From Chiloscyllium plagiosum (taxonomy: Eukaryota), in the NCBI RefSeq assembly GCF_004010195.1, contig NC_057721.1, forward strand, positions 19,134,327-19,198,326: a stretch of DNA of 64,000 bases, read 5' to 3'. Positions 11,251 to 23,774 of the stretch are shown piece after piece (the stretch's first letter is position 1; each line of letters begins with the position of its first letter). The notes below the pieces were generated by a model. It was not told the origin of the DNA, searched no databases, and saw nothing but the letters and a program-made list of their open reading frames with translations. The translations under genes were made by a program, and so were the position numbers.

Positions 11251-13069
11251 AGTGGACACTGCAGAGTGTCATTGTGTCTGGTGTCATTTTATAAGCACAC
11301 ATAATATTCAATAACCGTGAACAAAGCATAATAATTCCCAATAATAAACAAAGCTATCAAATTTTCAAACTACTCCACTTCCAACTATTTGACCCTTGTA
11401 CGGTTCCAGATCTTAATTTTTCAGTTGAATCACAGTGGTTGGACATGTGTTACTCAGATGTCTTTACATGACATTAGAGCCTGCTCCTGTCTTCCCAAGT
11501 ATAGAATTCCGCACATGTAAAAACTGCTATTACAGGGGCAACTCAGTACATCTTGCAGCATCTGTAGAGAGAAAGCAGAGTTAACATTTCAGGTCCAGTG
11601 ACCCTTTTTCAGAATTCTATTGTCTGAACGCATTAAATAGTCTTGTCATGTGAAATTCAATAATGAATGCAAAATCATTATTCAAAAGATTTGCAACTTA
11701 TCTTTTAAAACAATTATGATCTTGGCCTTATTGCCAGATATCTAGCCTCTAAACCAGAAGAGGACAGTTATACCTCTAATCTAGATTTTCAGCATATAGT
11801 GAGCTGGAGTTTCTGATTGCACAGTGAACAGCAGTATTATAGGGAAATGAAAGCTTTGAGGTGAGGTGTTCAACTGAGAGCCCTATTGCCATTATAATTT
11901 GAGCATTAAAGAACCCACTGCAAAATTCAGAGAAGAACCACTGGTTTTGCCAGAATTTCTCCTGCAATGAACAGCACCATAGGTAAAAACTGTCCTTGAT
12001 CTCATTCCTTGTTGTTGAGATATTGTTGTGCACTAGCCCACTTTGTGCTTATACAACAACAATGATGACATTTCAAAAATTGTTAATAAGGTGTGTAATA
12101 GTTTGTGTATCACGAAGGTGCTAAGTGAATGCAAGTTTTTACTGAATAGTAAATTCACCATGAAATCAAGGAAGGAACTGGTTTTTTTAAACAAAGATTG
12201 GGAATGAACATGTGACCAACCAGGGATTTCATGCTTGTTGCAACTTTGTGAATTACAGTCCAAGAAGGGATATTTTAAAGATTACACAAGAGCTAAGTTC
12301 AATACCTGTGGCATCAGAATAAACTGCAGCTTCAATTTTACAAGACATAGCAGCCCAAATCTAATACTGAGATATCAGAAATAAGCTTCTAACAGGAATA
12401 TCATTAGTTAAAGTGGCTGTCAGCTATTGGGAGTGATTTTAGTCACAGTTAATTTGAGGAGGCTGCTCACCATGCAGTACATCAGCTCTTAATTATGTCC
12501 ATGTAAGCTGAGCTTGGGTTACTTGGCAATGGCTTTCTACAGAAAGTCATTTAAAGGACACATCAATGTTAGAGTAAATTTGCATTAGTAATTTCTTGAT
12601 TGTTTTTCTTCCCTTTTTTTGCTGAAACTTCCCTGCAGCAATTACACCAACTGTGTTTTTTGCTCCCAATATCATGACCCCAGGAATAATTTTCCCAATC
12701 AGATTCCCAATATCTAACCTTTTTCAGAAGTGGAGGAAAGCCAACAATAGATGATGGATAAGTCTGAATTTGAACATGATGCTTTGTGTCCATCTCTCAG
12801 CATGGACATATGCAGAGAGAGGTAAATACATCTTTGGTAAGCAAGAAGTGTAGACAGAGATTCCTGTTACTTCCAAATGAATCTGAGCAGCCTATGGCAC
12901 CGGTAAGCATTGCAAATGATTAAATACTGGATTACTTCCTCAGGAGAATATCAAACACCTAATGTCCATGGTCATTTTCAGTGGTCATCTGTAGATGAGG
13001 ATGAGTGACAATTAACATAGCTTGAGTTTTGACACCAACAAGTTTGCTATTTACTACACAGAATGCTAA

Positions 13070-14010
13070 CATAGTGGTAATGTGACAAAATCAGCAATTG
13101 CTGGAGAAACTGAACATTTCTGGCAGCAACTGTGGAGGGAAAAACAGAGTTAACCTTTCGAGTCCAGTGACCTTTCATCAGAACTGAGGTCTGGACTAAT
13201 ATCCTGGAGATGTAAGTTCAAATCCTACCAACTAAGAACATTTAAATTTAATTAAACAGTTTGGAATAAAATTGTAGCCTCAGAAATGGTCATCATGAAG
13301 CTACCAGATTGTCATAAAAGACCAGTTCATTCGCTAACACCTTACCCGCAAAGAAATTTGCCATCCTTACCTGGTCTGGCCTCCATGTGACTCCAGCAAC
13401 ATGATTGACTCTTAATTGTCTTCTGCCACTCAATGTATCAAACTGATAGAAAAGCTGTACAAAAATAAAACAGGGCAGGCCACCCAGTCAGTGGAAATGA
13501 CAATGTCAGATCCTGTAAAGCTATCCTCATTAGCATCAGACCACTTGTACCAAAATTAGGAAACTGGTTGCACAGATGAGTCAAATAACAGCCTGACATG
13601 TCACATTCACTGAATCATACATTACAAAGAAAGAGTCAGACTCTTCCATCATGATCCCTAGCTATGCCCTGTTCACCAGCAATAGTGGTACAGTGATATA
13701 CTATCAGGAAGTGGTGATGTTCTGAGCCCCATATATTCTGCTGACATCCAGTCAAATGAAAGGAAGCAAACATCCTTCCTGAATACCCTCTCTCAGTTGA
13801 TGGATCAATGTTCTGCCATATCAGGAGGCCACTTGGAAGAAGCATAAAGAGGTAAAGGCACAAAATGTACTCTGAGTGGGGAAATTCAATGTCCATCACC
13901 ACAAGTGGCTTGGTGCTATGATCACTGATCAAGCTAGCCAAGACCCGAAAAGCTTATCTGCTAGTTCGGGCCTACAGGATTTGTTGAGAGAAACCACTTC
14001 ATGTCACCCT
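13070..14010 (+). mobile_element. Old repeat with tRNA-like head and LINE-like body, interrupted by a Penelope half-copy (13085-13187)
   Basis: tagtggtaatg...gttcaaatcc head; family not identified. Confidence 0.35.
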
Positions 14011-14034
14011 CACAAATCTAGTTGACTTGGATGC

Positions 14035-16995
14035 ATAGAGTCATAGAGATGTACAGCATGGAAACCGACCCTTCAGTTCAACTCATCCATGCCAACCAGA
14101 TATCCCAACCCAATCTAGTTCCACCTGCCAGCACCCGGCTCCTATCCCTCCAAACTCTTCCTATTCATATACCCATCCAGATATCTTTTAAATGTTGCAA
14201 TTGTACCAGCCTCCACCACTTCCTCTGGCAGCCCATTCCACGCNNNNNNNNNNNNNNNNNNNNNNNNNNNNNNNNNNNNNNNNNNNNNNNNNNNNNNNNN
14301 NNNNNNNNNNNNNNNNNNNNNNNNNNNNNNNNNNNNNNNNNNNNNNNNNNNNNNNNNNNNNNNNNNNNNNNNNNNNNNNNNNNNNNNNNNNNNNNNNNNN
14401 NNNNNNNNNNNNNNNNNNNNNNNNNNNNNNNNNNNNNNNNNNNNNNNNNNNNNNNNNNNNNNNNNNNNNNNNNNNNNNNNNNNNNNNNNNNNNNNNNNNN
14501 NNNNNNNNNNNNNNNNNNNNNNNNNNNNNNNNNNNNNNNNNNNNNNNNNNNNNNNNNNNNNNNNNNNNNNNNNNNNNNNNNNNNNNNNNNNNNNNNNNNN
14601 NNNNNNNNNNNNNNNNNNNNNNNNNNNNNNNNNNNNNNNNNNNNNNNNNNNNNNNNNNNNNNNNNNNNNNNNNNNNNNNNNNNNNNNNNNNNNNNNNNNN
14701 NNNNNNNNNNNNNNNNNNNNNNNNNNNNNNNNNNNNNNNNNNNNNNNNNNNNNNNNNNNNNNNNNNNNNNNNNNNNNNNNNNNNNNNNNNNNNNNNNNNN
14801 NNNNNNNNNNNNNNNNNNNNNNNNNNNNNNNNNNNNNNNNNNNNNNNNNNNNNNNNNNNNNNNNNNNNNNNNNNNNNNNNNNNNNNNNNNNNNNNNNNNN
14901 NNNNNNNNNNNNNNNNNNNNNNNNNNNNNNNNNNNNNNNNNNNNNNNNNNNNNNNNNNNNNNNNNNNNNNNNNNNNNNNNNNNNNNNNNNNNNNNNNNNN
15001 NNNNNNNNNNNNNNNNNNNNNNNNNNNNNNNNNNNNNNNNNNNNNNNNNNNNNNNNNNNNNNNNNNNNNNNNNNNNNNNNNNNNNNNNNNNNNNNNNNNN
15101 NNNNNNNNNNNACCCTTCGGTCCAACCCGTCCATGCCAACCAGATATCCCAACCCAATCTAGTTCCACCTGCCAGCACCCGGCTCCTATCCCTCCAAACT
15201 CTTCCTATTCATATACCCATCCAGATATATTTTAAATGTTGCATTGTACCAGCCTCCACCACTTCCTCTGGCAGCCCATTCCACGCGTGCACCACCTTCT
15301 TACCCTAAACCTATGCCCTCTAGTTCTGGACTCCCTCACCCCGGGAAAAGACTGTCTATTTTACCCTATCCAAACCCGTCATGATTTTATAAACCTCTAT
15401 AGGGTCAGCCCTCAGCCTATGACACTCCAGGAAAAACAGCCCTAGCCTATTCAACCTCTCCCTATAACCCAAATCCTCCAACCCTGGCAACAAACTTGTA
15501 AATCTTTTCTGAACCCTTTCAAGTTTCATAACATCCTTCTGATCAGAAAGAGACCAGAATTGCACGCAATATTCCAAAAGTGGCCTACCATGTACTGTAC
15601 AGCTGCAACATGACCTCCCAACTTCTGCACTCAATACTCTGAAAAATAAAGGAAAGCATACCAAACGTCTTCTTCATTATCCTATCTACCTGTGACTGTA
15701 CTTTCAAGGAGCTATGAACCTGCACTCCAAGGGCTCTTTGTTTAGCAACCCTCCCAAGGACCTTACCATTAAGTGTATAAGTCCTGCTAAGATTTGCTTT
15801 CCCAAAATGCAGCATCTCACATTTAACTGAATTAAACTCCATCTGCCACTCCTCAGCCCATTGGTTCATCTGATCAAGATCCCATTGTAATCCGAGGTAA
15901 CTTTCTTCACTGTCCACTATACCTCCAATTTTGGTGTCATCTGCAAACTTACTAACTATACCTCTTAAGCTCACATCCAAATCATTTATATAAATGACGA
16001 AAAGTAGTGACCCGGCACCGAACATTGTGGCACTCCACGGGTCGCAGGCCTCCAGTCTGGAAAACAACCCTCCACCACCACCCTATGTCTTCTGCCTTTG
16101 AGCCAGTTCTGTATTCAAATGGTTAGTTCTTTCTGTATTCCATGAGATCTAGCTTTGCTAACCAATCTCCCACTGTTGAACGCCTTACTGTAGTCTATAT
16201 AGATCACGACTATTGCTCTGCCCTCATCAATCCTCTTCAGTATTTCTTCAAAATACTCAATCAAGGTAATGAGACATGATTTCCCACGCACAAAGCCATG
16301 TTGACTATCCCTAATCAGTCTTTGCCTTTCCAAATACATGTACATCCTGTCCCTCAGGATTCCTTCCAACAACTTGCCCACCAGCGAAGTCAGGTTCACT
16401 GGTCTATAGTTCCCTGGCTTGTCCTTACCACCCTTCTTAAACAGTGGCACCATGTTTGCTAACCTCCAGCCATCCGGCACCTCACCTGTGACAATCGATG
16501 ATACAAATATCTCAGTAAGAGGCCCAGCAATCACTTCTCTAGCTTCCCACAGAGTTCTAGGTTACACCTGGGGATTTATCCACCTTTATGCGTTTCAAGA
16601 CATCCAGCACTTCCTCCTCTGTAATGTGAACATTTTTCAAGATGTCACCATACATTTCCCTACAGTCTATATCTTCCATGTCTTTTTCCACAGTAATACA
16701 AAATACACATTTAGTATCGCTCCCATCTCCTGCAGCTCCAACACAAAGGCTGCCTTGCTGATCTTTGAGGGGCCCTATTCTCTTCCTAGTTACCCTTTTG
16801 TCCTTAATGTATTTGTAAAAACCCTTTGGATTCTCCTTAACTCTATTTGCCAAAGCTATCTCATGTCCCCTTTTTGCCCTCCTGATTTCCCTCTTCAGTA
16901 TATTCCTACTCCTTATACTCTTCTAAGGAGTCACTTGATCTATCCTGTCTATACCTGACATATGCTTCTTTCTTTTTCTTAACCAAACCCTCAAT
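14035..16995 (-). mobile_element. CR1 LINE (ORF2 RT), frameshifted, spanning an N-gap
   Basis: PGNYRPVNLTS, SQHGFVRGKSC, YINDLD...SKFADDTKIGG, LEYCVQFWS. Confidence 0.9.
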
Positions 16996-17499
16996 TGTCC
17001 TTACAAAGACAAAGTCCCATATTCACATTGAGGATATCCTCTGTCAAATTACATGACATTTCCACCGTGCTAAATAGAACAAATCTAACAACTCAAAACT
17101 GGACATCCATAGGGTGCTGAGATCCATCAGAAACAGAATTGTATTCCACTATAATCTGTAGCCTCATGGCTGGTAGTTTCATCACTCTATGATTACCATC
17201 AATATCATCAATGTTCTTGGCAACATTCCAAGAGCAATGCCAGGCATAATTTCAAATGAGGTACCAACCTGTTTAAGGTACAATGGGACTAATTGAATCC
17301 CGAACTGCAAATGTAGCATCTGAAAGACAGAGCAAGTGATCAGATCAAAGCTCAGCAGTCCTGCAATTTGTTATCATGAATAGTAATGGATACTTAACAG
17401 AAGGAAGATGTGCCTCCACAAACATCCCATCTTCAATAATGTGAAAGCCCACAATCTCTAGAGGACAAACAATCATGTTATTTACACTGTTCCTTTTCT

Positions 17500-20400
17500 A
17501 ATTGCCAGTAGAAACTCTGGCTACCTGTTTTTACATTCCTAGCTAGCTTTCTGTCATACTCGAACGTTTTCCTCCTGATTAATGTTTTAGTTATTCTCTG
17601 CCATTCGTTATGTCCTGATGGATCATCTGATCTACCACTCATCTCTATTCACTTACATTCCTTTTCCTTAACTTTGATACTTTTGTAACTCCTTTAATTA
17701 ATTACAGATTATGAATCCTCTCTTAAGAATTTTTCCATGCTTATTCTAAGTATTCTAAAATAGCATTTTAAATGTCTGCTACTGTGTCTTTATTGATCTG
17801 TCCCTAGGCTAGTATGGCAATCCCCTTCAGCGAGCAGTGTAAAAATGGATAGAAAGAGTTGCTATAGGCATTTTAAAAAAGGATAGGAATGAGTAAAGTG
17901 AGAGTAGGTCCTCCAGCGATTTTCCAAAATTCTCTAGATTCATAAAAGGTTCTTTTGGACTGGCAAATAGCCATTTAACCCCTCTTTTCAAGAACAAAGG
18001 GAGACATAAAATAAGAAACTATAGGGCGGTTAGCTCAATATTTGTCATGAGGTTTCATCAAAGGGAAATCAGATTTCAACAATTTATCCTAATTCTTTGA
18101 AGGAGTAATACATGTGTTGATAAAAGGGGTGGCAGTAAACATGCTATATGTGAATTTCCAGAAGGCATTTATTAAATTACCAAATCAAAGGCTATTGCAG
18201 AAAATATAGCTCATGCTATAGGGCTTAATATATTGGCATTGATAGAAGATTGGCTGGTTGGCAAAAATCAAAGAATAAGCATAATTAAGTCATTGGCTGA
18301 ACTTAGAATGTGACAAGTGGAGTCCTGCTGGGGTCTGTGCTGGGGCTTCAAATTCTTATAATTGGTATCAATTACTGAGCTGAGTGGAGCACAGACATGA
18401 TAGGTAAATTAGAAAACCAAAAGAATTGTGGAATCTGGAAATCAGAAGTAAAAACAGAAATTGCTGGAAAAAGTCAGCAAGTCAGGTAGTATCTCTGGAG
18501 AGAAATCAGAGTCAACGTTTCAGGTCCAGAGATCTTTCTTCGGAATTGATGTTAGCTAGGAAAAAGCACAGCCGGTCAGACAGCATCGGAGGAGCAGGAA
18601 TATCAATGTTTCAGGTCAGGACCCTACATCAGGACTCGAAACATTGACTTTCCTGCACCTCCAATAATGTCTGACCTGCTGTGTCTTTCCAGCTCCAGAT
18701 TATTGACTCTGACTTCCAGCAGCTGCAGTTCTTACTATCTCCAAGTAGCTCGGAAAAAATGTTTTTTCTGCAGATGATAGGGTGGGGGGAATGGGGTAAG
18801 GAGTAAATGGAACAGAGAAGGACAATTGAACAAACAAAGGAATGAGATAACAGTCAGCCGAGGAGAATGAACGGCTGCCAATGGGGACTACTCATGGCTA
18901 AAAATTGGTAGTGTATAGCAGCAGACCATGTGATAACAAGGACATGGGAGAAAGTGCCTCATGCTCTAAAATTATTGAATCCAGAATGCTGTGGAATTCC
19001 CAAGTGGATAAAGAGATGCTGTTCTTCCAGCTTGCGCTGAGCTTCCCTGGAGCACTGCAGCAAGCCTGAAAAAGCAATGTTGGCCAGGGAACAAGGTGGT
19101 GCTTTGAAATGGAAGGCAACTGAAAGTCAGAGTCTTTTTCGCAGACACAACCTGGTTGTTTTGGGTAAGTTCCCAGATGATATCAAGGCAGGTGGGAAAG
19201 TATGGAAAAGCACAGCCAGTCAGGCAGTATCCGAGGAGCAGGAGAATCTCAAGACATCGATTCTCCTGCTCCTCGGATGCTACCTGACCGGCTGTGCTTT
19301 TCCAGCACTACACTCTTGACTCTGATCTCCAGCATCTGCAGTCCTCACTTTCTCCCAGATGGGAAGATATGTTGTGAAAATGCTATAAGGAAGTTGCAGA
19401 TGGATATAGGCAGGTGGGAAAGTATGGAAAAGCACAGCCAGTCAGGCAGTATCCGAGGAGCAGGAGAATCTCAAGACATCGATTCTCCTGTTCCTCGGAT
19501 GCTACCTGACCGGCTGTGCTTTTCCAGCACTACACTCTCGACTCTGATCTCCAGCATCTGCAGTCCTCACTTTCTCCCAGGTGGGAAGATATGTTGTGAA
19601 AATGCTATAAGGAAGTTGCAGATGGATATAGATGGGTTGAGTCTTTAGGCAAAAATCTGGCAAATGGAGGATCATGTGAGAAACTATGAAATTGTTTACT
19701 TTAGCAGAAATAATAAAAAAAGTTGAATGTTATTTAAACAGACAATTACTGCAGAATTCAAGGTGCAGAGGAATCTAGGCTTTCTGATTCATGAGTGACA
19801 GTAGATTAATATGTAGACACAATCTGCAACACTAATGGAATGCCGAATTTTATTATGTTAGGAAATGAACATAAAAGTAAGAATGTTATGCTTCAGGTTT
19901 ACAACTCATGAGTGAGCCCATATCTTTTATACTGAGTGGAATTTTGATCTCCTTATGCTGTCATTCTCCTTATTATTGCCAATATTTAAGCATACAACAT
20001 CATGTTCATCAACACATTTTCCTTTCATCACATCAACGTATGTGTATAATATCATGTCCGATCACTGCGCTATATCTGCACGTGTACATCCATATGATTG
20101 TAATTATATTGCTCTACATGGCCAACAACTCTGTTATTGCAACCTATATGTAAATGCATTGGGGACAGTCACGGGGAGGTTTATTAAGTTGATACCTGGA
20201 ATGAGCAGATTGCCCTATGGACAATCTGGGCTTGTTCACAGTGGAGTTTTGAAGCGTGACTTGATTGAAGTGGATAAGATTCTGGATGATCTTTTAAGGT
20301 TGTCACGGAAAGGATGTTTTATCTTGTGTGTCAGTCCAGACACTTTAAAAATTCTTTCAGGATGGAAAGGAGAGTTTCTTTTTCTATCAGAGGGTTGTGT

Positions 20401-20600
20401 GAATTTGGAACTCCGTCTCAGAAGGCGAGAAGGTGAGGCCAATGAATAACCTTAAGGCAAACATTAATTCTTATTAGACAACGGTAGCATGGGCTATCTG
20501 AATTAGCAATGAATGTGGAATTTGAAACATAGATCAGTCATGATCTTGTTGAATGTCAGATCAGGCTCAAGGGACCAAATGGTTTATTTCTGCTCCTGTT
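17500..20600 (+). mobile_element. Old fragmented CR1 with Penelope insertions (about 18430-19140 and 19200-19580)
   Basis: Degenerate NYRAVS and DFQKAF-type RT sequence interleaved with gctggaaaagcacagc-family repeats. Confidence 0.55.
19186..19631. repeat. 222-bp tandem duplication (palindromic element plus CR1 flank)
   Basis: Units start at 19186 and 19408, with about 3 differences. Confidence 0.85.
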
Positions 20601-22984
20601 TCACACGTTCAGATGAATCTTTTGTCGTTCAGCATTCTAGGGGTAGCCATTGACAAGAATCTTTCACTGGACAAGCAATGTTAATATTGTGCAACAATAT
20701 GCTGAGAATTCTATGATAATCAACTCACCTCCTGACTCCACAAAGTTGGTGAATTATCTACAAAGTACAAGTCAGGAGTGCATGGATGAGCTCAAGTAAG
20801 TGTCCAGAAGTTCTATACCATCTGAACAAAAGCAACTCACGCAGCCAAGCATAGTAGCTATGTGCCATTTTCCACCTCTTTGTATCTTGCTGCTGTACTG
20901 ATCTATGTTGCAATGGAGGAGCAAAACGAATGAGCTGTTTTACAACCCTCTAATGTTATTAATTTCCGCAATTAAAGCTTTTCCTTTAAACTCTTTTCAA
21001 ATTTTTCTATCCCTATTTAGCCACTTTCCTTTAAATCTCTCTAAATGTAATTGAGCTGTAACCATATGCTCTCACAGCTGTTCATAAATACAACTGGAGA
21101 TGTGTTCTGAGTTCTTGTAGAAGTGAGTACAAACAATGCACTTTCAACCGAATCTATCTGAAAATTGTATTTAATAACCTTATTATTTCAGGTCAAGCCT
21201 GTACCCTTATCTGAAAACCCCAGCTACTTCAGCAATCTGATAATTTTCCAGTTGATATAAGAAAGGGTTCTTCATAATTGTAATTTATCAGTAACTAATA
21301 TTTCAGCCCCATTCCAAAACAGAAACGAGTCAGTGGTATACAGTGTCAGATATTGGTCTAAAATCTTGAACTTGGTTTTTGATCTGGCTCTGTGATGCTA
21401 ATCATGATTTTGAACTCTTTTGGTGGTAAAAGGTATAGTATTGATCCACATAGACATAAAAGGATTAATGTTTGATTCTCCAATTGGTGCCAAGTTGTAC
21501 GCCCTGCCCATATTCAAGCATACAATACCATACCCATCAGCAAGTTATTTTCCCTGATATCTATGTATGTTTAAATTAATATATCCAGCCACTGTGTTAT
21601 ATCTGCATGTGTATGCGTGTATACATTCAACTGATTGTAACTATATTTCTCTGCATGGCAAAAAACTACAGCTACCTGCACACCATTGTTCCATAGACTT
21701 CAATTGTCACAGGGTTCATCGGTTCCTCACAGGGTTCATCGGTTCCTCTAAAGAGGCTTAAAACAGTGAAAGTTCAGAGAGATTTATTGAAAGCTGCAAA
21801 AAATATCTTTTAAAGTTAAACAAATCTGCAACTGGCTATCATAACAAAATTTCAAGCACATCTAATTATGCACTCATTAATTGTCATGATTAATTCATCA
21901 ACCTCATTTATTAATGAAGCTATTCATTACATTTCCTCATTATAGTGTCTACTTTATCTCATAAAATTATTCACTGCATTTAAAATTTCCTATATTAGCA
22001 ATATTTTAGATTTCAGTGAATTGCTCACTGCAATTAATGATGATAATTCTGTTTCAATTTATTAATGTACAACTTTCGGCCTGTTAATATAAGCCCATGC
22101 ATTGTATTCATGAGAAGCAAAAGATTATGTAAATTTCTTAAATTTGTAGAGTTAATGTGATTAGCTACGTATAATAATATTTAAAATGTTTCAATTTCAA
22201 ATGATGCATTTTTCCAAATATTTTATATTTAAGGTATATAAGAGGTTTTTTTTATTTGGTTATTCACAGAAATTATGTCAAGAAATTTTAAGTGAATATA
22301 CATAAAGTTGACAACCATTTACCAATGAAACGAAAGTTGATGTCCACTGCTAATTTAAATTTCCCCAAATTTTACAAGGTCATGAATTGGGCAGTAATTC
22401 AATACAAGTGATTGCAAATCAACAGCCCACTTTGTACCCCCAATTCACTTAAGTGGCAATGGAAACTAAATGGACTATAAAGTGTGCTGTGTTTACTCAT
22501 TTTGCAATTTCATCCAAACAAACTTATACCACACTGTCCCCAGTGGGTTTACTTAACAAATCATGGACTTCTGTAGACCAGGGTAAATGCCATGGTTCAG
22601 TGACAGTCTGTGCAGAATTTCTTGTTTAATTGTTATCTAATGACACTTATGTGGACATTGAGTGACAAAAATATCTGAATTATACATGATGTCTCCATTC
22701 ATCCCTCCTCCATACCCAAGAGACTGCTGCTATCCATTGTCATAATTCACATTTGAATATAGGCAAGTTAGCAGAGGGTGATCATCAGCCATTGATCTGC
22801 ATCTCAGATGGAGTCACAGCCCCAGAAAGGGAGTTAAGAAAGCATGTCAAAATATTTTCGACATTTTATTCCCTCAATCTATCTAGTATACATGCTTGGG
22901 TTTAAATTTTTTTTCAGCAGTCATTAGCATTAGGAGAGTGATGTATTTGTGATATAAAAACAGAAAAGAGAGAAATTCAGCCAA

Positions 22985-23253
22985 TCATAGAGTCATTCAG
23001 CATAGAAACAGATCCTTCAGTCCAACTAATTCATGGCAACCAAATATCCTAAATTAATCTAGACTCATTTCCCAACATTTGGCCCATATCCCTCTATACC
23101 CGTCCCATTCACATATCCATCCAGATGCCTTTTAAATGTTGTAATTGTCCCAACCTCCACCACCACCTCTGGCAGCTCATTCCATGTACGCACCACCCAC
23201 TGTATGAAGAAGTTGCCCATTAGGTCCATTTTAAATCTTTCCCCTCTCACCTT
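22985..23253 (-). mobile_element. CR1 3' end, left part of a copy split by the Gypsy element
   Basis: Ends ...ctcacctt; continues at 29132 as ccttaaacctgtg. Confidence 0.8.
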
Positions 23254-23774
23254 TGTTACAACATAGGGTAAACCCTCCTGCTTAATTTAAAACCTGCAAC
23301 ACAGAAAAGATTTATCCCATGCAGAATCTGTAAACATTCGAGTGGCCAAGAACTATTTAAAGTAAAAATTAACAAATGTATTTCTTAAAGTATAACAGAG
23401 AATAATTAACTAACAATTATTTACAATTCTTTACTCTAATCTATCTGTTAACTTCCCTTCTACAATACTTGTCCAATAAAACCCCCAATTAAGATTTACA
23501 AAACAAAACTTCTTATCTCAAAAGCTTTCAGTTCTTCTATTTGGATCTTCCTGTGTCTTCTTTTATCCTTCATAGGGATTCTAGTTCAGAGGTTACTGAT
23601 TGATAAAGTACTTTTAAGAGAGCTATTTTTCAGGCAGCCTTTTACATATTCGGGCTTGGCGGTTCTCCTCCCAACTGTTCAATTTTTTCCCTGTCTATAC
23701 CCTAGAGCATCAGATTGTGTCATTGGCTTTTAAGATTGTCAATATATTCAATTCAAACTTGTTTGGAATGTGGT
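23254..23774 (-). repeat. 3' LTR (outer part; resumes 26025-26106 after a CR1 block)
   Basis: Aligns by eye with 28435-28945. Confidence 0.8.

Noticed and set aside
12728-12821. Exon-like segment on plus (ctaacctttttcag ... AG|gtaaat)
   Set aside because: Stops in all three frames, no recognisable protein and no partner exons; a lncRNA exon cannot be excluded.
21707-21746. 20-bp direct repeat tcacagggttcatcggttcc x2
   Set aside because: Simple local duplication; no spacers, so not CRISPR-like.
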